Shown one piece after another: positions 46,546-58,445 of a stretch of DNA of 64,000 nt (position 1 is its first letter; each line of letters opens with the position of its first letter). Position numbers and translations under genes: made by a program. The DNA is from Podarcis liolepis. Taxonomy: Eukaryota. The stretch lies in the NCBI GenBank assembly GCA_965112155.1, contig OZ218099.1; one strand, given 5' to 3'. The notes under the pieces are model-generated. The model was not told the origin of the DNA and did not search any database. It saw nothing but the letters and a program-made list of their open reading frames with translations.

Positions 46546-46888
46546 CAGTGGTGCCCCGCAAGACGAATGCTTCACAAGATGGAAAACTCGCTAGACGAAA
46601 GAGTTTTCCATTTTGGAGGTGCTCCGCAAAATGAATCTCCTATGGGCTTGCTTCGCAAGACGACAATGTCTTGCGAGTTCCTGCTGGTTTTTCCCCTCCC
46701 CCTTTTTTCTAAGCCGCTAAACCGCTTATCAGCTGATCCGATCAGCAGATAAGCCGCTAAAAGCCTCTAAAAGCCGCTAATAGCGCTAATCTGCTAATCC
46801 TTCAATGGGCTTGCTTCGCAAGACGAAAAAAACCGCTGGACGAAGAGAATCACAGAACGGATTCTTTTCCTCTTGCGAGGCACCACTG
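46546..46888 (+). mobile_element. MITE family B
   Basis: ta|CAGTGGTGCCCCGCAAGA...TCTTGCGAGGCACCACTG|ta. Confidence 0.85.
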
Positions 46889-47379
46889 TAAAAGTAATTG
46901 AAACTGCAATCCCTATGTACATTTCTGCAAAGACAAGGTTATAACATTTGACCAAAGTCTACTGTAGACCCTTGATTTTAAGTTTCTTCCCTCTCCTGAA
47001 GCCCAACCCTATTCATGTTACCTGGAAGGTAAGTATCACCGGTTCCAAGGGAACAAGTCACACAGGACTTAATTTCGAGCACGCATGGCTAGATATGCAC
47101 TGTTCGTTAGCTGTCCTGTGACACTTCCTAGGAGTAAACCTCATGAAATACAGTAGGGCTTACTTCTGAGTACAGGGGCTCGCGCTGCACAGCTGCAGTC
47201 CTCTGTGCCCTAACGTGGAAACAGGCCCTACTTTACATCCATGAACTCAGATTCTCCAGTTAACCTAGTTCCCTCCCGAAAATCTAAACAACTTCTACCG
47301 GTAGCCATATTGTGCTATGATTCCAGCACCACCACCCCAAAATAGTAAGGGGAGCGGTGGGAAGGGCGGGCAGCTCCTT

Positions 47380-48280
47380 CTCGACCAGCCAAGCACCTTT
47401 AAACGTGCGGAGGAATTTCCCTTTCTGTGCCAGGTCCCCCCCCCCCCGCCTTCCCCTGCGTCTTTTGATGCCCAGGGTTCTCCGCAGAGTCCGGGACACG
47501 ATCCCGCGCCCTGCGCTGCCTGCTGAGCCGAGCGAGGCGCGAGGCTCTCTCCCGCCGCCACGCCTCGCGCGTGTGTTTACAGGCGGGAGGGTCTTAGTCA
47601 GCAAATCCTGCTCCGATGCGCTGCAGCCAATGAGGAGCCTCGCTCGGCCCGCTCGCCGGGGGGCTCCGGAGTTGGCGCTGCTGGGCGCAGGCAGAAATGC
47701 GAGGCGGCTCTCGCGGGCGCTGATGGCAAAATGGGCTCCGGCCGCCGCCGCTGCCGCGGCGCTTTCGCTCCCGCCGCCCTGCAGCTCCGCCGGGAGGGCT
47801 GCCGCGCTGCGCCGTTGTCCACCATGTAGCCTCTTTCACCAGCCTGAGGATCCCTCCTCCTCATGGATTGAGGAGGCTGCGTTCAGCCCTCATTTCTTCA
47901 TATTTGTCGCCGGAAGATGAAATGCTTCTCCCGTTACCTGCCTTACCTCTTCAGACCTCCCAACACCATCCTGTCTTCCAGCTGCCACACGGAAGGTACA
48001 GGTCGGAGAGGAGCGCCGGCGGGATGGTGGGTGGGACGCCAGGTGCGGATCAGAGCCGAGGGGAGGGGAAAGAGGGAAAGTGGGAGGAGAGCCTGCTCCC
48101 CCGCACCCCGCTCCGTTCCCCCTTCCTCCCTGTCTCTGCTGACATTGCCTTTTGCAGCCAGTGCGTGCCCGGGGCGAGGGGGGGGGGTGCCAGCAAAAAA
48201 GCTTGCCTTGCGACAATATTTGAGGAATCACTGGGCCCTGGGTGGGGGGCGGCCCGATATTCCCGGCGAGTCAGCCATTT
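47380..48280 (+). promoter_or_regulatory. PPP2R2B: CpG-island promoter and 5' UTR of the PPP2R2B Bbeta2 isoform
   Basis: Very GC- and CpG-rich, CCAAT near 47627, GCC repeats, surrounds the Bbeta2 exon. Confidence 0.85.
47917..47995 (+). CDS. PPP2R2B: PPP2R2B Bbeta2 first coding exon, mitochondrial targeting sequence MKCFSRYLPYLFRPPNTILSSSCHTE
   Basis: Near-identical to the mammalian Bbeta2 N-terminus (MKCFSRYLPYIFRPPNTILSSSCHTE); phase-1 donor GAAG|gtacag; in a CpG island. Confidence 0.95.
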
Positions 48281-50584
48281 ATCAAGGAGAATGGTGCAAA
48301 ACATTACAGCATCGGAAAGGTCTTCTGGACTGCAGGACTACGATCCCCCACATCCTAGTTACTTCCTTTGCAGGCCGGGTTTCCATCAAAAACATATCGT
48401 GCAAATCTGTTTACAGATTGGGTAGAGGGTGGGAGGTTAGCAGTGCAGATCAGGTATATGCAATCTGTTTTGCCAAGGTTTCAACTTGAGAAGACTGGAA
48501 GGGAGAGTATGTTCAGGATTCTGGAGCCTGGGAGTATGCTAGGAACTTTTGCCATTCTGGGGCAAGTTTCTCTACTACTAGTTTGCATGATCTGCTGTCA
48601 GGAATTTTTATGAATTGCCATTGATGCCACACTCTAATAACTGATATAGAGTGTACAGGAAGTAATCATGGAGGTAGTCAGGATGTTTGTTTGGAAGGGG
48701 CAGAAACCGAGTTTGCTATGTATTTTTATTGATTATGGGGTGGGCAGCTGCTCCTATCTGCCCCCCCCACTACACCCATTGAAGTAATACTGAGACTGTC
48801 ATAATAGAAGGTGTTTGCAAGAAGAATCTAAGTTCTAAAACTTACAAGCAGTGCTAAGAGATTTTTCCCCAGTGTAGATTTTGTTTCTTTCCATGTAGCT
48901 GAGAGCAGAAGCCCTCCCTATGAGAGCTTTAAATGAGTGTTTAAGTATTGCGGAGATTGATGCTGTCAAGACAGGAATGCAAGCAGACCATAGCATATAA
49001 TTACAGCTAATTAAATGTTAAAGCAGCAATAAGTAGAACTAGGAGCAAGCACAATCCAATAGTGAGTTGTCTTTAATCTTTACATCTAAAGCCACTTTAG
49101 TTTAGCTTGGTAATTTATGACTAGAAGATGGAAGTAAATGATAGGCAATAGATCGGCCTCTAATTGTCCCCATATCGGCCATCCAAGTATTTAATTTTTT
49201 TTAAGTGTTTGAGCAGGTTACTAGGGTCACATGGGGCATCATTCTAATCCAATAAACTGTTTTTATAGTGGGGAACCTTTTTCCAGCCTGAGGGCCGTGT
49301 TCCTTTTTGATGACACTGGGGGGAGGTGCATGCCAGTTGTGGGCAGGCCTAGAAGCCAAACGTGATTGAGGCAAAGGATGTGACGGATCTTTGACCAGTA
49401 GGCTGAATTCTAGCCACGCAAAAGCCACAGGTTTCTCTATCCCCCAATAGACATTTATGTATTTAATAAAAGTTAAAATTCTGAAACATAAAAACTACCT
49501 CAGCTTGGTAGGCTTGTCTAAACAAGCATGTTTTTAACATCGTGCAGTGAAGGTGCCTGCTTGCTCTCAATAGGCAGGGAGTTCCGCTGCCACACAAAGC
49601 GACCAAGTTCTTACAAATGTGGAACGGATATTACGTGGCTCGCAAATCAACAACCTTCGCAGATCTCTGAGCACAGGTGTTGCAGTAGTGTAGCTAGGGG
49701 AGGCGAGTGTGGGGTGCTCCCGGCAGCACTTATCTTTGGGGGTGGCACACTGGAGCCCAAGGTGGCGTGCAAGCCCCAAGCACCCCAGAGCCCAGCGCAC
49801 CACTCCCCAAAGCAGCATGGCTCACAGTGGCCAGAGGGTGGCTGGCAAGGATGCAAGCAGCATGCGCTGACTCCATGAGGGGTGCTGGGTCTGCATCATG
49901 CCCGAGCCACCACGTTTCTCCCGGGTGCCCTCTCCCCCCCCTTTTTTGCAGCCATTTATCTTATGCTTAAGAGAAGCTTTCCCATTCTTTCAGAATTCTT
50001 AAATGAGACCTTCACTGAGGTTCTGCACTATGTAAATTAGTTTATAATTGATTAATCAATTCAGTTGTTAAAAGCAGGTATGCTAATCAACTCCATCATC
50101 TTTAATCAGATCCTAACAACAAAAATGACCTTAAAATGATACCCATTTTCTTCAAATAGTACATTCTGTTTTGTTCCCAAACCATATTTCAGAATGATCA
50201 TCTTATGTTGTGTTCTAGCCACATCCACTCTAAAAACATTGTTCATTCTTGGTTAGACAAGCATACCCAGATGCTTAGAAAATTGAAGTAATTTTAATCT
50301 GTTTTAGTGCAGAGAGATATACTGTAGTCCAGCAACAGCTGGAGAGTAACACGTTTTTCATCCCTGCTGCATTGTTTTTCTTGTTTACCAGTAAAGATTT
50401 GGAATCAACCAAACATTTATTAGATTTTTTTAAGCTCAAGAAGTTTGGTGAGTCATTTGGATGAGACTGTTAGACACCAAGGTCATTGTGGTTGCTCATG
50501 TATGGAAGGATTCATATAATGACTTTAGGACAAACAGAAAACTGGAAGTCTGTGTATTCCATAGTTTAGAGAAATAAATGTTTC

Positions 50585-52797
50585 CCGGGTTTAGTCCGGG
50601 TTAGCGCCATCGGCAGTGGCGGAGTTCCTCTGATTGAGAGGAACCCACTCCGCGAAAATCGGGTCTTGCCGCCGCGGCGAAGGCGGAGACCCCTCAAAAA
50701 TCCCAGGCGGAGGAAGCCTGGGAACGTGGGATTCGGCTGACACCAAGAGCGCCTCCCCTACTCGCAGGGAAACCCTTTTTCGGGGATCCGAAGCGAAGTG
50801 GGGTGAGTGGCGCGGTGTTTTGAATCGACCGCTACTTTTACGGAGTGAAGCCGCACAGCTGTTGCCGGAGAGCGCTGATTTTTTCCTGTGGACAATTGGA
50901 CTCTAAACAAGTACCCATGAGTAGAACGAAAAATTGGACTACAAAACATTTTAATGTGGCACCAAAGTGGGAAGGTTCTAAACAGGAAGTCCGCCTTCCG
51001 CTTTTGTAAATAGATTGAAGCAAAAATTTTGCAAGCTAAAGTCTGGAAAGTCGTATATAAAGGACTAAATTTCCTTCAGTTAAAACCACCAAAACCCCTC
51101 TTGGAAGCAGGAGAAGGGGGGGGGAATCTTAGATTGTTTAAGCCTGCAGGAGAGAGAGTAAAGAAAGATAAATTTCCACCATCTCAAACCTGGGAACGGG
51201 GTGTCAGAGACAGAAATTTTGGGGGAAGTTCATTGACTGTGAATGGAACGTCTTTTGAGAGATAGTTAAAAAAGAGAAACATATTGATCCCAATGTTGCC
51301 TTTTGCATTCAAAAGAAACAAAATATTTGAAAAATGAAAGTAATTTTCTTTTGTTGGACCTGCTTTCAAAAGATGGATACAAATTGAAATTGTCTCCTCT
51401 AGAGGGAGCTTGTTAAACTGTTGCTGGAGTCGATCTGGGGAATTTCACAGCTGTGGAGATTAAGGATTGTGAGACCAGACCCTGACCTTGGATAAGAATG
51501 TGTTTAGAAGAAGTTTTGGTGCTTGCTCTTTGCAAGACAAGCGCTTTGTTGGAGCAGCTGCATGAGAAGATGGATTTGATGACTGTTTCAGTCAATAATT
51601 TTGGACAAACAGTGAATACTCATATAGAAACCATTCAGGAACCAACCCAGGAATCTGTTTTGACAGGGCAAGTGCAAGTGCAGAAGATAATGGAGGAGCT
51701 TGTTGTTGAACCTCAAGTAACACAAATGGAGAGACCCGAGGCCCTGCAGGAGCATAAGCTGCTGTTTCTGAAGACTGAACCTGGAGAAAGCCAGATTTGG
51801 AGAGGGGGAGTATTGTTTGGTTTGGAGATGGGAAGTTGGTTGGATCCCCCTAGGCAGGGACATTTTGGCTTTTGGGATTTGGTTTCGGGCCAGGGGGGGT
51901 CTGGAGTTGTGGGGGCTCTTAACTTTGGAGGGACTTTGAAACATGCTTTTAAATACTTTCTGGATTACAGTGCTGACTGTGGAGAATGGGCTGACCTGTC
52001 GAGGGGGGATGGAGATATTGTTGGGTTGGAGTCTCCCCGAGACCTACTCCTCAATGAGAAAGGAAAGAAATTAAGAAAAAGATCAACAAAAGACAAAGTA
52101 AAGTGTAGGTATAAACAAGAAGAAGATCTGCAGAAGGGACATGGAAAAGACTTAAGGGCCTCGGACATAAGATCACCAGGTTGATGGACTAGATGGAATG
52201 GATAGAAAGGACTGACATAACCCGAGACCAGGAAGAAGAGACGTTGGATGAAGATTGGAAGTTTTTAAAATTTTATTTTGAGAATTAGTGTAAAATTAAT
52301 GAGTGTTAGGAAAAATGTTGGAATGAAACTATTTGGCTTTAGTAGAAATGATATAAGGAGTTATGTATCAATAAGTATTAAGTTTTAAGGCTTTTTATGG
52401 TAAGATAAAAGTTAAAATAAATTAAAGTAAATTTAATGACAGAATATAGTGAAAGATGGAAAGGATTTGCTGAGTTAATTAATAGGTTAGACCGTTAAGA
52501 TAAATTATACAATAAAAATTGAGAAAGATGGAAAGAATTTGCTGAAACAATTAATTAAATTAGAATACAAAAAGGGAGGTGTGAGGAGGTCGATGAAACA
52601 AGTAAATGAAAGATAATGATATGGAATATTGGATGTGTGTTTTAATGTTACTGTTCTTTTTTGCTGTATTGTTGTATTGTTTTTTATGTTTTTCTTTTTA
52701 TATATTGTAATGTATGTCCTGTTAAATTTTTTGTTGTTTTCTTTTCTTCTTTTCTCTGTAATTCTTAAACTTCTAATAAAGATCATTTAAAAAAATG
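50585..52797 (+). mobile_element. Full-length 2.2-kb non-autonomous L1-like retroelement (HAL1-like)
   Basis: 16-bp TSD gagaaataaatgtttc (50569-50584, 52798-52813), CpG-rich 5' end, single 228-aa ORF, AT-rich 3' UTR ending in aataaa and an A run. Confidence 0.8.
51498..52184 (+). CDS. Single ORF of the L1-like element (coiled-coil-like N-terminus, basic C-terminus); function unknown
   Basis: ATG-initiated 228-aa ORF in non-repetitive sequence, in sense with the element. Confidence 0.4.
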   Translation: MCLEEVLVLALCKTSALLEQLHEKMDLMTVSVNNFGQTVNTHIETIQEPTQESVLTGQVQVQKIMEELVVEPQVTQMERPEALQEHKLLFLKTEPGESQIWRGGVLFGLEMGSWLDPPRQGHFGFWDLVSGQGGSGVVGALNFGGTLKHAFKYFLDYSADCGEWADLSRGDGDIVGLESPRDLLLNEKGKKLRKRSTKDKVKCRYKQEEDLQKGHGKDLRASDIRSPG

Positions 52798-55115
52798 GAG
52801 AAATAAATGTTTCAAGTTGATTTGTTAGGTAACGTGTGCCATACAAATCCAAGGGAATTCTGGAAGAAGAGCTTAGCTGTCTGATGGTTTCTTAATAAGG
52901 GGGGTGGGGACTTTTGTTTCATTCTTTCATCTAACTCGCTAAGTCGGTATTTATAAACTCAGATATTGTAAGCAAAGTGATACCAGGCTGAATTATAAAG
53001 TGACATGTTTGCATGGCTTTGATGGCAGCTCTTACCAATCTCTGTAGACCTAATTAAAGGCATATAATGATGACTCCCCTTTCCCAAGCCATGGCATGAG
53101 TGGAAAATGTACTTTCAGAAGAATATACCAGCCCAACAGATTGGAGATATCATATTCATGTAGATATGGAGAACATAATGATACCCTTATTGGTCTTTGC
53201 ATTATTACAGCAATATAAAAATGACATGTCATAAAAATGACATCCGTTAAAACAATTAATATTCTATGTGTCCACACTGCTGAATTCTCTAAATCAGAAA
53301 ATGGAGGTGGAAAGAGACCATCAACACTCGGTGCTTACACCAGTCCTGCCCTATGAGTTTGGCCTTTGCCTTTTGTTCATGCCAGAAGAGATATACAACA
53401 TGGTAATCGCTTGATTTGCTTGTGATCACCTATTTGGTTAGTAAGTCCCTTTGAATCCTTTGTGGCTTCATTTTGGATAAGCATGGCTAGGACTGGGTTT
53501 CCCGTATCCTAAGATAATGCCAGGATAATACAAGGAATAAATGGATTCACTTTCAGCTCTTTTTATACCTCTGAAGTTTTTATCACAGCAGCTTAAAATA
53601 GCTTTCAGGTTATCCTTAAATGCACAAAATGTGCTTCTGTTGCTTTTGTGTGTGCAAAATGCAAAGGAGTGAAATGAAAGGTAATCAAAATGGCACATGG
53701 TGTTTAATGCTTTCCTAGGACTAGTTTAAGCCCCACTGAGAACAGTGGGACTTCTGTAGGTTTAGGGTGATATAAAAGTAGAATATTGTACAAAATATAA
53801 AGCAAATCTAGAGATAAAGCAACAGCAAACCAAATTACATCCAGAAACGAGCACTTTCAATTCCCATATTCATAATTCTCCCATTGATCCCAATGCAAGT
53901 GTACAAGGGCATTCCTTTGGCTGGATCATGACCATTAATAATACCAAATTGCTTTTTACATGCAGGTTTTATCAACAGTCATAATTTTATTTTCTATAAC
54001 ATGTCTTGAGCCACAGCATGAAAATGAACTGTAAGCATTAAATCAATTTAGTGTCAGATTAAAGCCGGGATTTAGAAAAATATGCTATATTTATTTTCAG
54101 TAAGAGCCTGACCTCTCCAAGGGTAAAAAGCACATTATGAACACAGTGCAGAATAGGACCTGAGGACATAAACCATCCAAAGTGCAGTTTTTACCTGAAG
54201 GTCAGTGAGGTTTACTTCTGAATAAACATGCCTAGGCTCGCCTACGCAAATTCCGCTTATTTCAATGAAAGAGATTTACAGGGCAATTATAGGCAAGCGT
54301 ACACTGTAATGCCTAATAAAGGTTTGGTGAAGTAAGGCATGCGTACAGCAGTCAGAAATAAAATCTACTAAGCTCAATAGGTTTTACTCTCAGGTATAGG
54401 TGGGTTATAGGATTGCTGCCTTTAGCATATGCTTAATTCTCAGTTGAAATGAGTGGGACAAAACTGATTAACTGCAACTGGAATTGTCACCAAGTCTTTG
54501 AACAACTAGATTTATATTACAAATGCTATTGCTGTGGCCATTACCTTAAACTGAAGACAGGCGTCTAGTAGTCCCTAAGCTAGAACTGGCTTCCGAATGC
54601 AATTTTATGTTTATTCATTTAGTAGCTTTATATACCACTGTTTGACTGGCAGCTCACAACATTTATAAATGCAATGGGTACATGAAGAACAACCACAACT
54701 GAAGCCAGCCGTCTGGTGTCTGGTGTCGTCTTCTGCCTCCCACTCTGTTGTGTTCATTCCCACTTAGCTTATCTGACCTCTGGGTTTCCTACCAATTTTA
54801 AATCGAGGTGCATTAAACATTTGGTTTGAAAGGAAAGGCTTTTCAAAAGTTTTGTGAGAGAAGAAAGGAAAGTTTACGCAACATTAGAAGAGTAGAAGAG
54901 ATCCTTCCCTCGCCACCCCAAAGAGAGAAACTTTAAATTCAGCAGTCCTGCTTACTTTGCGCAACCAATTGTCTCTGCATCTGATAAATGTTCCCTAATA
55001 AGGTATACAGTGGGCAGTCCTGATGTAAATATAGCTTCAGTTGGTGGAGGTGTTTCAGGAATTTATTCCAGTTTGTAGCTGCCTGTCCCCAGAAGCCTCG
55101 GAGTGGGTAATAGTA

Positions 55116-55344
55116 CAGTCATACCTCATGTTACATTTGCTTCATGTTACGTTCTTTCAGGATATGTCCCGCGGTGACCCGGAAGTACCGGAAAGGGTTA
55201 CTTCTGGGTTTTGCCGCTTGTGCATGCGCAGACATGGCAAATTGCAACCCGCGCGTGCGCTGATGTGTCACTGTGGGTTGCGCTCTTTTCATGTTGCGAA
55301 TGGGCTTCTGGAACGAATCCCATTCGCAACCAGATGTACCACTG
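55116..55344 (+). mobile_element. MITE family C
   Basis: ta|CAGTCATACCTC...GTACCACTG; inverted homolog of 13072-13330. Confidence 0.78.
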
Positions 55345-56544
55345 TCTTAAAAATTCAATTACTGTAAAAACAAACCTTAATAACTTGAATTATAGAATCT
55401 ATGTTAAAATAAAATGTGTGTAAAATGTTGCTTGCTTTTGTTATTCCTAGCCAGTGATTTCTCTCTGCCCTACCCCCTGCATTGAATAGAGAGGTCTTGT
55501 AGTGCTTTTCAGGAAATTCCTGTCAGCTTGGATGAGGAAGTCTATTCCAGAACTAGGAAGATGCCATCAAAATACGCTGATGCCACTTTAACAATGAACA
55601 GTCAAAGAGATATCCATAAACTTGGTTTCCCTCATCTTTCACTAGAACTAACTGCCAGAGAAAATCCCACTATATATTCATTTTATTATTTCAATCTGGT
55701 GCACCTGGAAAGAGGGCCAGAATAGCACAGTATAACTCTAAAATCCTTTGTCAGCATACCTGTCCAAATACTGAGCTATGGAGTAAGCCAGAGACTTTGG
55801 ACAATAGAGTCTGGGGTGGGTCAGTCAAGGAAGGGAGAAATACTGGAGTGATACACGTTTTTAAACAGCACCAGAGAACCAAATGTGTGCAGAGTTCTTA
55901 GCGATCAGATCAGATTATAGCATTCCATGAATGAGTGCATGTTGCTGTTCTAAGATAAAACAGCCAGAGCAAGAGAAGTTTCAAGAAATAAGGAATTACT
56001 GGAAATAAGGACCAACTACAGCAGGCCAAAAATGGAACAAAACTAGAGATGGGAACACAGGTTAGGATCCATTCTAGTAGGGAGGGACTGCTGTGATGCC
56101 TTTTGCAGCCCATAATGTGGAAGCAAGGATATTCACCCCATCAGGTCCCAAGAAAGAAAGAGTCTGCCGTTGTCATCCTAGCTGTTATGGCAGTGCTGAC
56201 AGAGCTACTGGGACATTTTACAAGAAGCAAGCTGGGCATGTTCTTGCTAAGCTGCTTGTCAGTTCCAGTAATCTCACTATAAAATATTCTACCCAGTGTG
56301 TTATCTATAGTGTTGCTTTATGCTTGGCAAAAAAACAATTACAACTACTATTTGCATGTGTTGGCTATTTAAGCCTACAATCATATACACCACATAGAAC
56401 TCAGTAGGACTTCTGAGCAGACATGGATAGGATTGTGTTGCTTTGTTTTCCCCCCCATAACCATCAGCCATTGGAGACTGCTGAATAAAGGTTTCAGTTT
56501 TAAGGTAAAATTTAAAAATAAAATTTCCTTATAGTTTTCTAGTA

Positions 56545-56914
56545 CAGTGGTACCTCGGGTTACATACGCTTCAGGTTACAGACTCCGCTAACCCAGAAAT
56601 AGTAACAGATAGGTAGCCGTGTTGGTCTGCCATAGTCAAAATAAAAAAAATTCCTTCCAGTAGCACCTTAAAGACCAACTAAGTTAGTTCTAACTAACTT
56701 AGTTGGTCTTTAAGGTGCTACTGGAAGGAATTTTTTTATCCAGAAATAATACCTTGGGTTAAGAACTTTGCTTCAGGATGAGAACAGAAATCGTGCTCCG
56801 GCGCGGCAGCAGCAGGAGGTCCCATTAGCTAAAATGGTGCTTCAAGTTAAGAACAGTTTCAGGTTAAGAACAGACCTCCGGAACGAATTAAGTACGTAAC
56901 CTGAGAGACCACTG
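56545..56914 (+). mobile_element. MITE family A interrupted by a Penelope-like insertion
   Basis: ta|CAGTGGTACCTCGGGTTAC...GAGACCACTG|ta, with internal sequence colinear to 10600-10838. Confidence 0.82.
56605..56739. mobile_element. Penelope-like element terminal fragment forming a hairpin
   Basis: gtagccgtgttggtctgcc...ccagtagcaccttaaagaccaactaag followed by its inverse; flanked by the near-duplicated ccagaaatagta / ccagaaataata. Confidence 0.7.
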
Positions 56915-57057
56915 TATTACTATTTAAAATCAAACCCTCAAGATTTTCCTTAGCTTACAACTGCTGGAAGTGCTATATAGCTTTCTTCCAAAGGGGCAGT
57001 TAAGTTAGTAACTAGTGACACTTTAAAAGGGAACAGGTTTACCACTGTGCCATAAGA

Positions 57058-57513
57058 CAGTAGTTTTCAACCAGTGTGCCGTGGCACTCTGGGGTGCCTA
57101 GAATGAGAGTCAGGGGTGCCACAGGCAACACTGAATTCTGTCCCTCTTTGCTTCCCTCCCTCCTCTGATGCCCTCTCTTGTCTCTGCCTCCCAAAGGCTT
57201 GCACAGCTGTTTATTGCAGCAGCCCTGGCTATAAGCTCCACAGGCGAATGGTGCCTCTGGAAGGCTCCTCTCTTTGGGGTGGGGCAGCTCAGAGACCAGG
57301 GGTGGCAGCAGCAGCTACGCAGAGGACTCCCAAGGAGAGGGGAGAGGAAGCTGAGGGAAGACTCCACAAGGGAGGGTATTTGAAAAGGGTGAGAGGCTGC
57401 CAGCTCTGCAGGCAAGGGGTGACATAACTGGGCTCCTGAGCCCCAGAGGGGTGCCGCAGAAAGAATGTAGTTGGTTAAGGGAGCCGTGGACTCAAAAAGG
57501 TTGAAAACATCTG
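57058..57513. mobile_element. Non-autonomous hAT element
   Basis: TIR CAGTAGTTTTCAACC / GGTTGAAAACATCTG; degenerate 8-bp TSD ccataaga / gcataagc. Confidence 0.7.
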
Positions 57514-58359
57514 GCATAAGCTTTCATGGGTCCCCCTTAGCTTTCTTTTGCAGGTGGCTGTGCAACGAGGGCTGTTGCTGCAATCACAGTGAAGCCACAA
57601 ACCCTGGTGTACAGAGGCTCTCTCCATTAATAATAGACAACACTTACCATCCATGTTTGGGAGAGACAAGAACTCCAGACACATGCCGAGAACTAACTGT
57701 GCTCCTGATCCAACTGCACATGCCTTTGATCGGCCATTGCAAGCACACACACCTCAATTTGGTCATTTATTAGCACTAGAAGAGACCTAAGTCTCCTTTC
57801 CATCTGGTACTGTCACACCAGTAAACTGATCAGAGTGCATACACAACCATGTATGTAACAAATATTCTTGTACCCAAATGTAAACAAGTTAAGAACAAAG
57901 TGACCCAATCACATTTGCTGTCACTGATAATAGTGTTTTACATGTTGTGGATTGGGGGGGGGGGGGCGTGTCAGTCTAAATGATACCCATGAATCCCTTC
58001 CAAACCTGTGACCCTGTGTATATTAGTTTAGATTTTAGAATATGTAAGAGGAACCTGCTGAACCAGTCAGACCAGTTTATTTGTAAGATAATGAATGGCC
58101 TGGTGCATTTAACAATATCTTGCTATCTCTACCATTATACTTTAATACCTGTAGTGGGGTGGGGGGGGGGAGACTCCAAAGGCACATTTCCCATCTCTGA
58201 ACAGATATGTATGTCTGTTTATTTATTTCATAAAATGTATACACTGCTTAACTCTAAAAAAAACAACAACAACCCTCAAAGCAGTTTACAAAAAATATAA
58301 AACAATAAACTTGTGAATAAGAAGAATTAATAACAATTTTTGGACAACATACATTTGAT

Positions 58360-58445
58360 ACATTTGATGAAATAAGCTCTAGTCTACAAAACCTTGTTAT
58401 CCGATAAATGTATTGGTCTTTAAGGTGCTACAATACTCTTTCTTG
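58360..58445 (+). mobile_element. Degenerate Penelope-like terminal repeat fragment
   Basis: ataaatgtattggtctttaaggtgctacaatactcttt shares the core of the 56605-56739 insert. Confidence 0.45.

Noticed and set aside
47996-48489. Continuation of the 190-aa ORF 47917..48489 beyond SCHTE
   Set aside because: Similarity to Bbeta2 ends exactly at the GT donor at 47996; the rest is CpG-island intron
58362-58400. Hammerhead ribozyme in the Penelope-like fragment
   Set aside because: The core is mutated (ttgatga and caaaa in place of ctgatga and cgaaa), so it is not expected to be active
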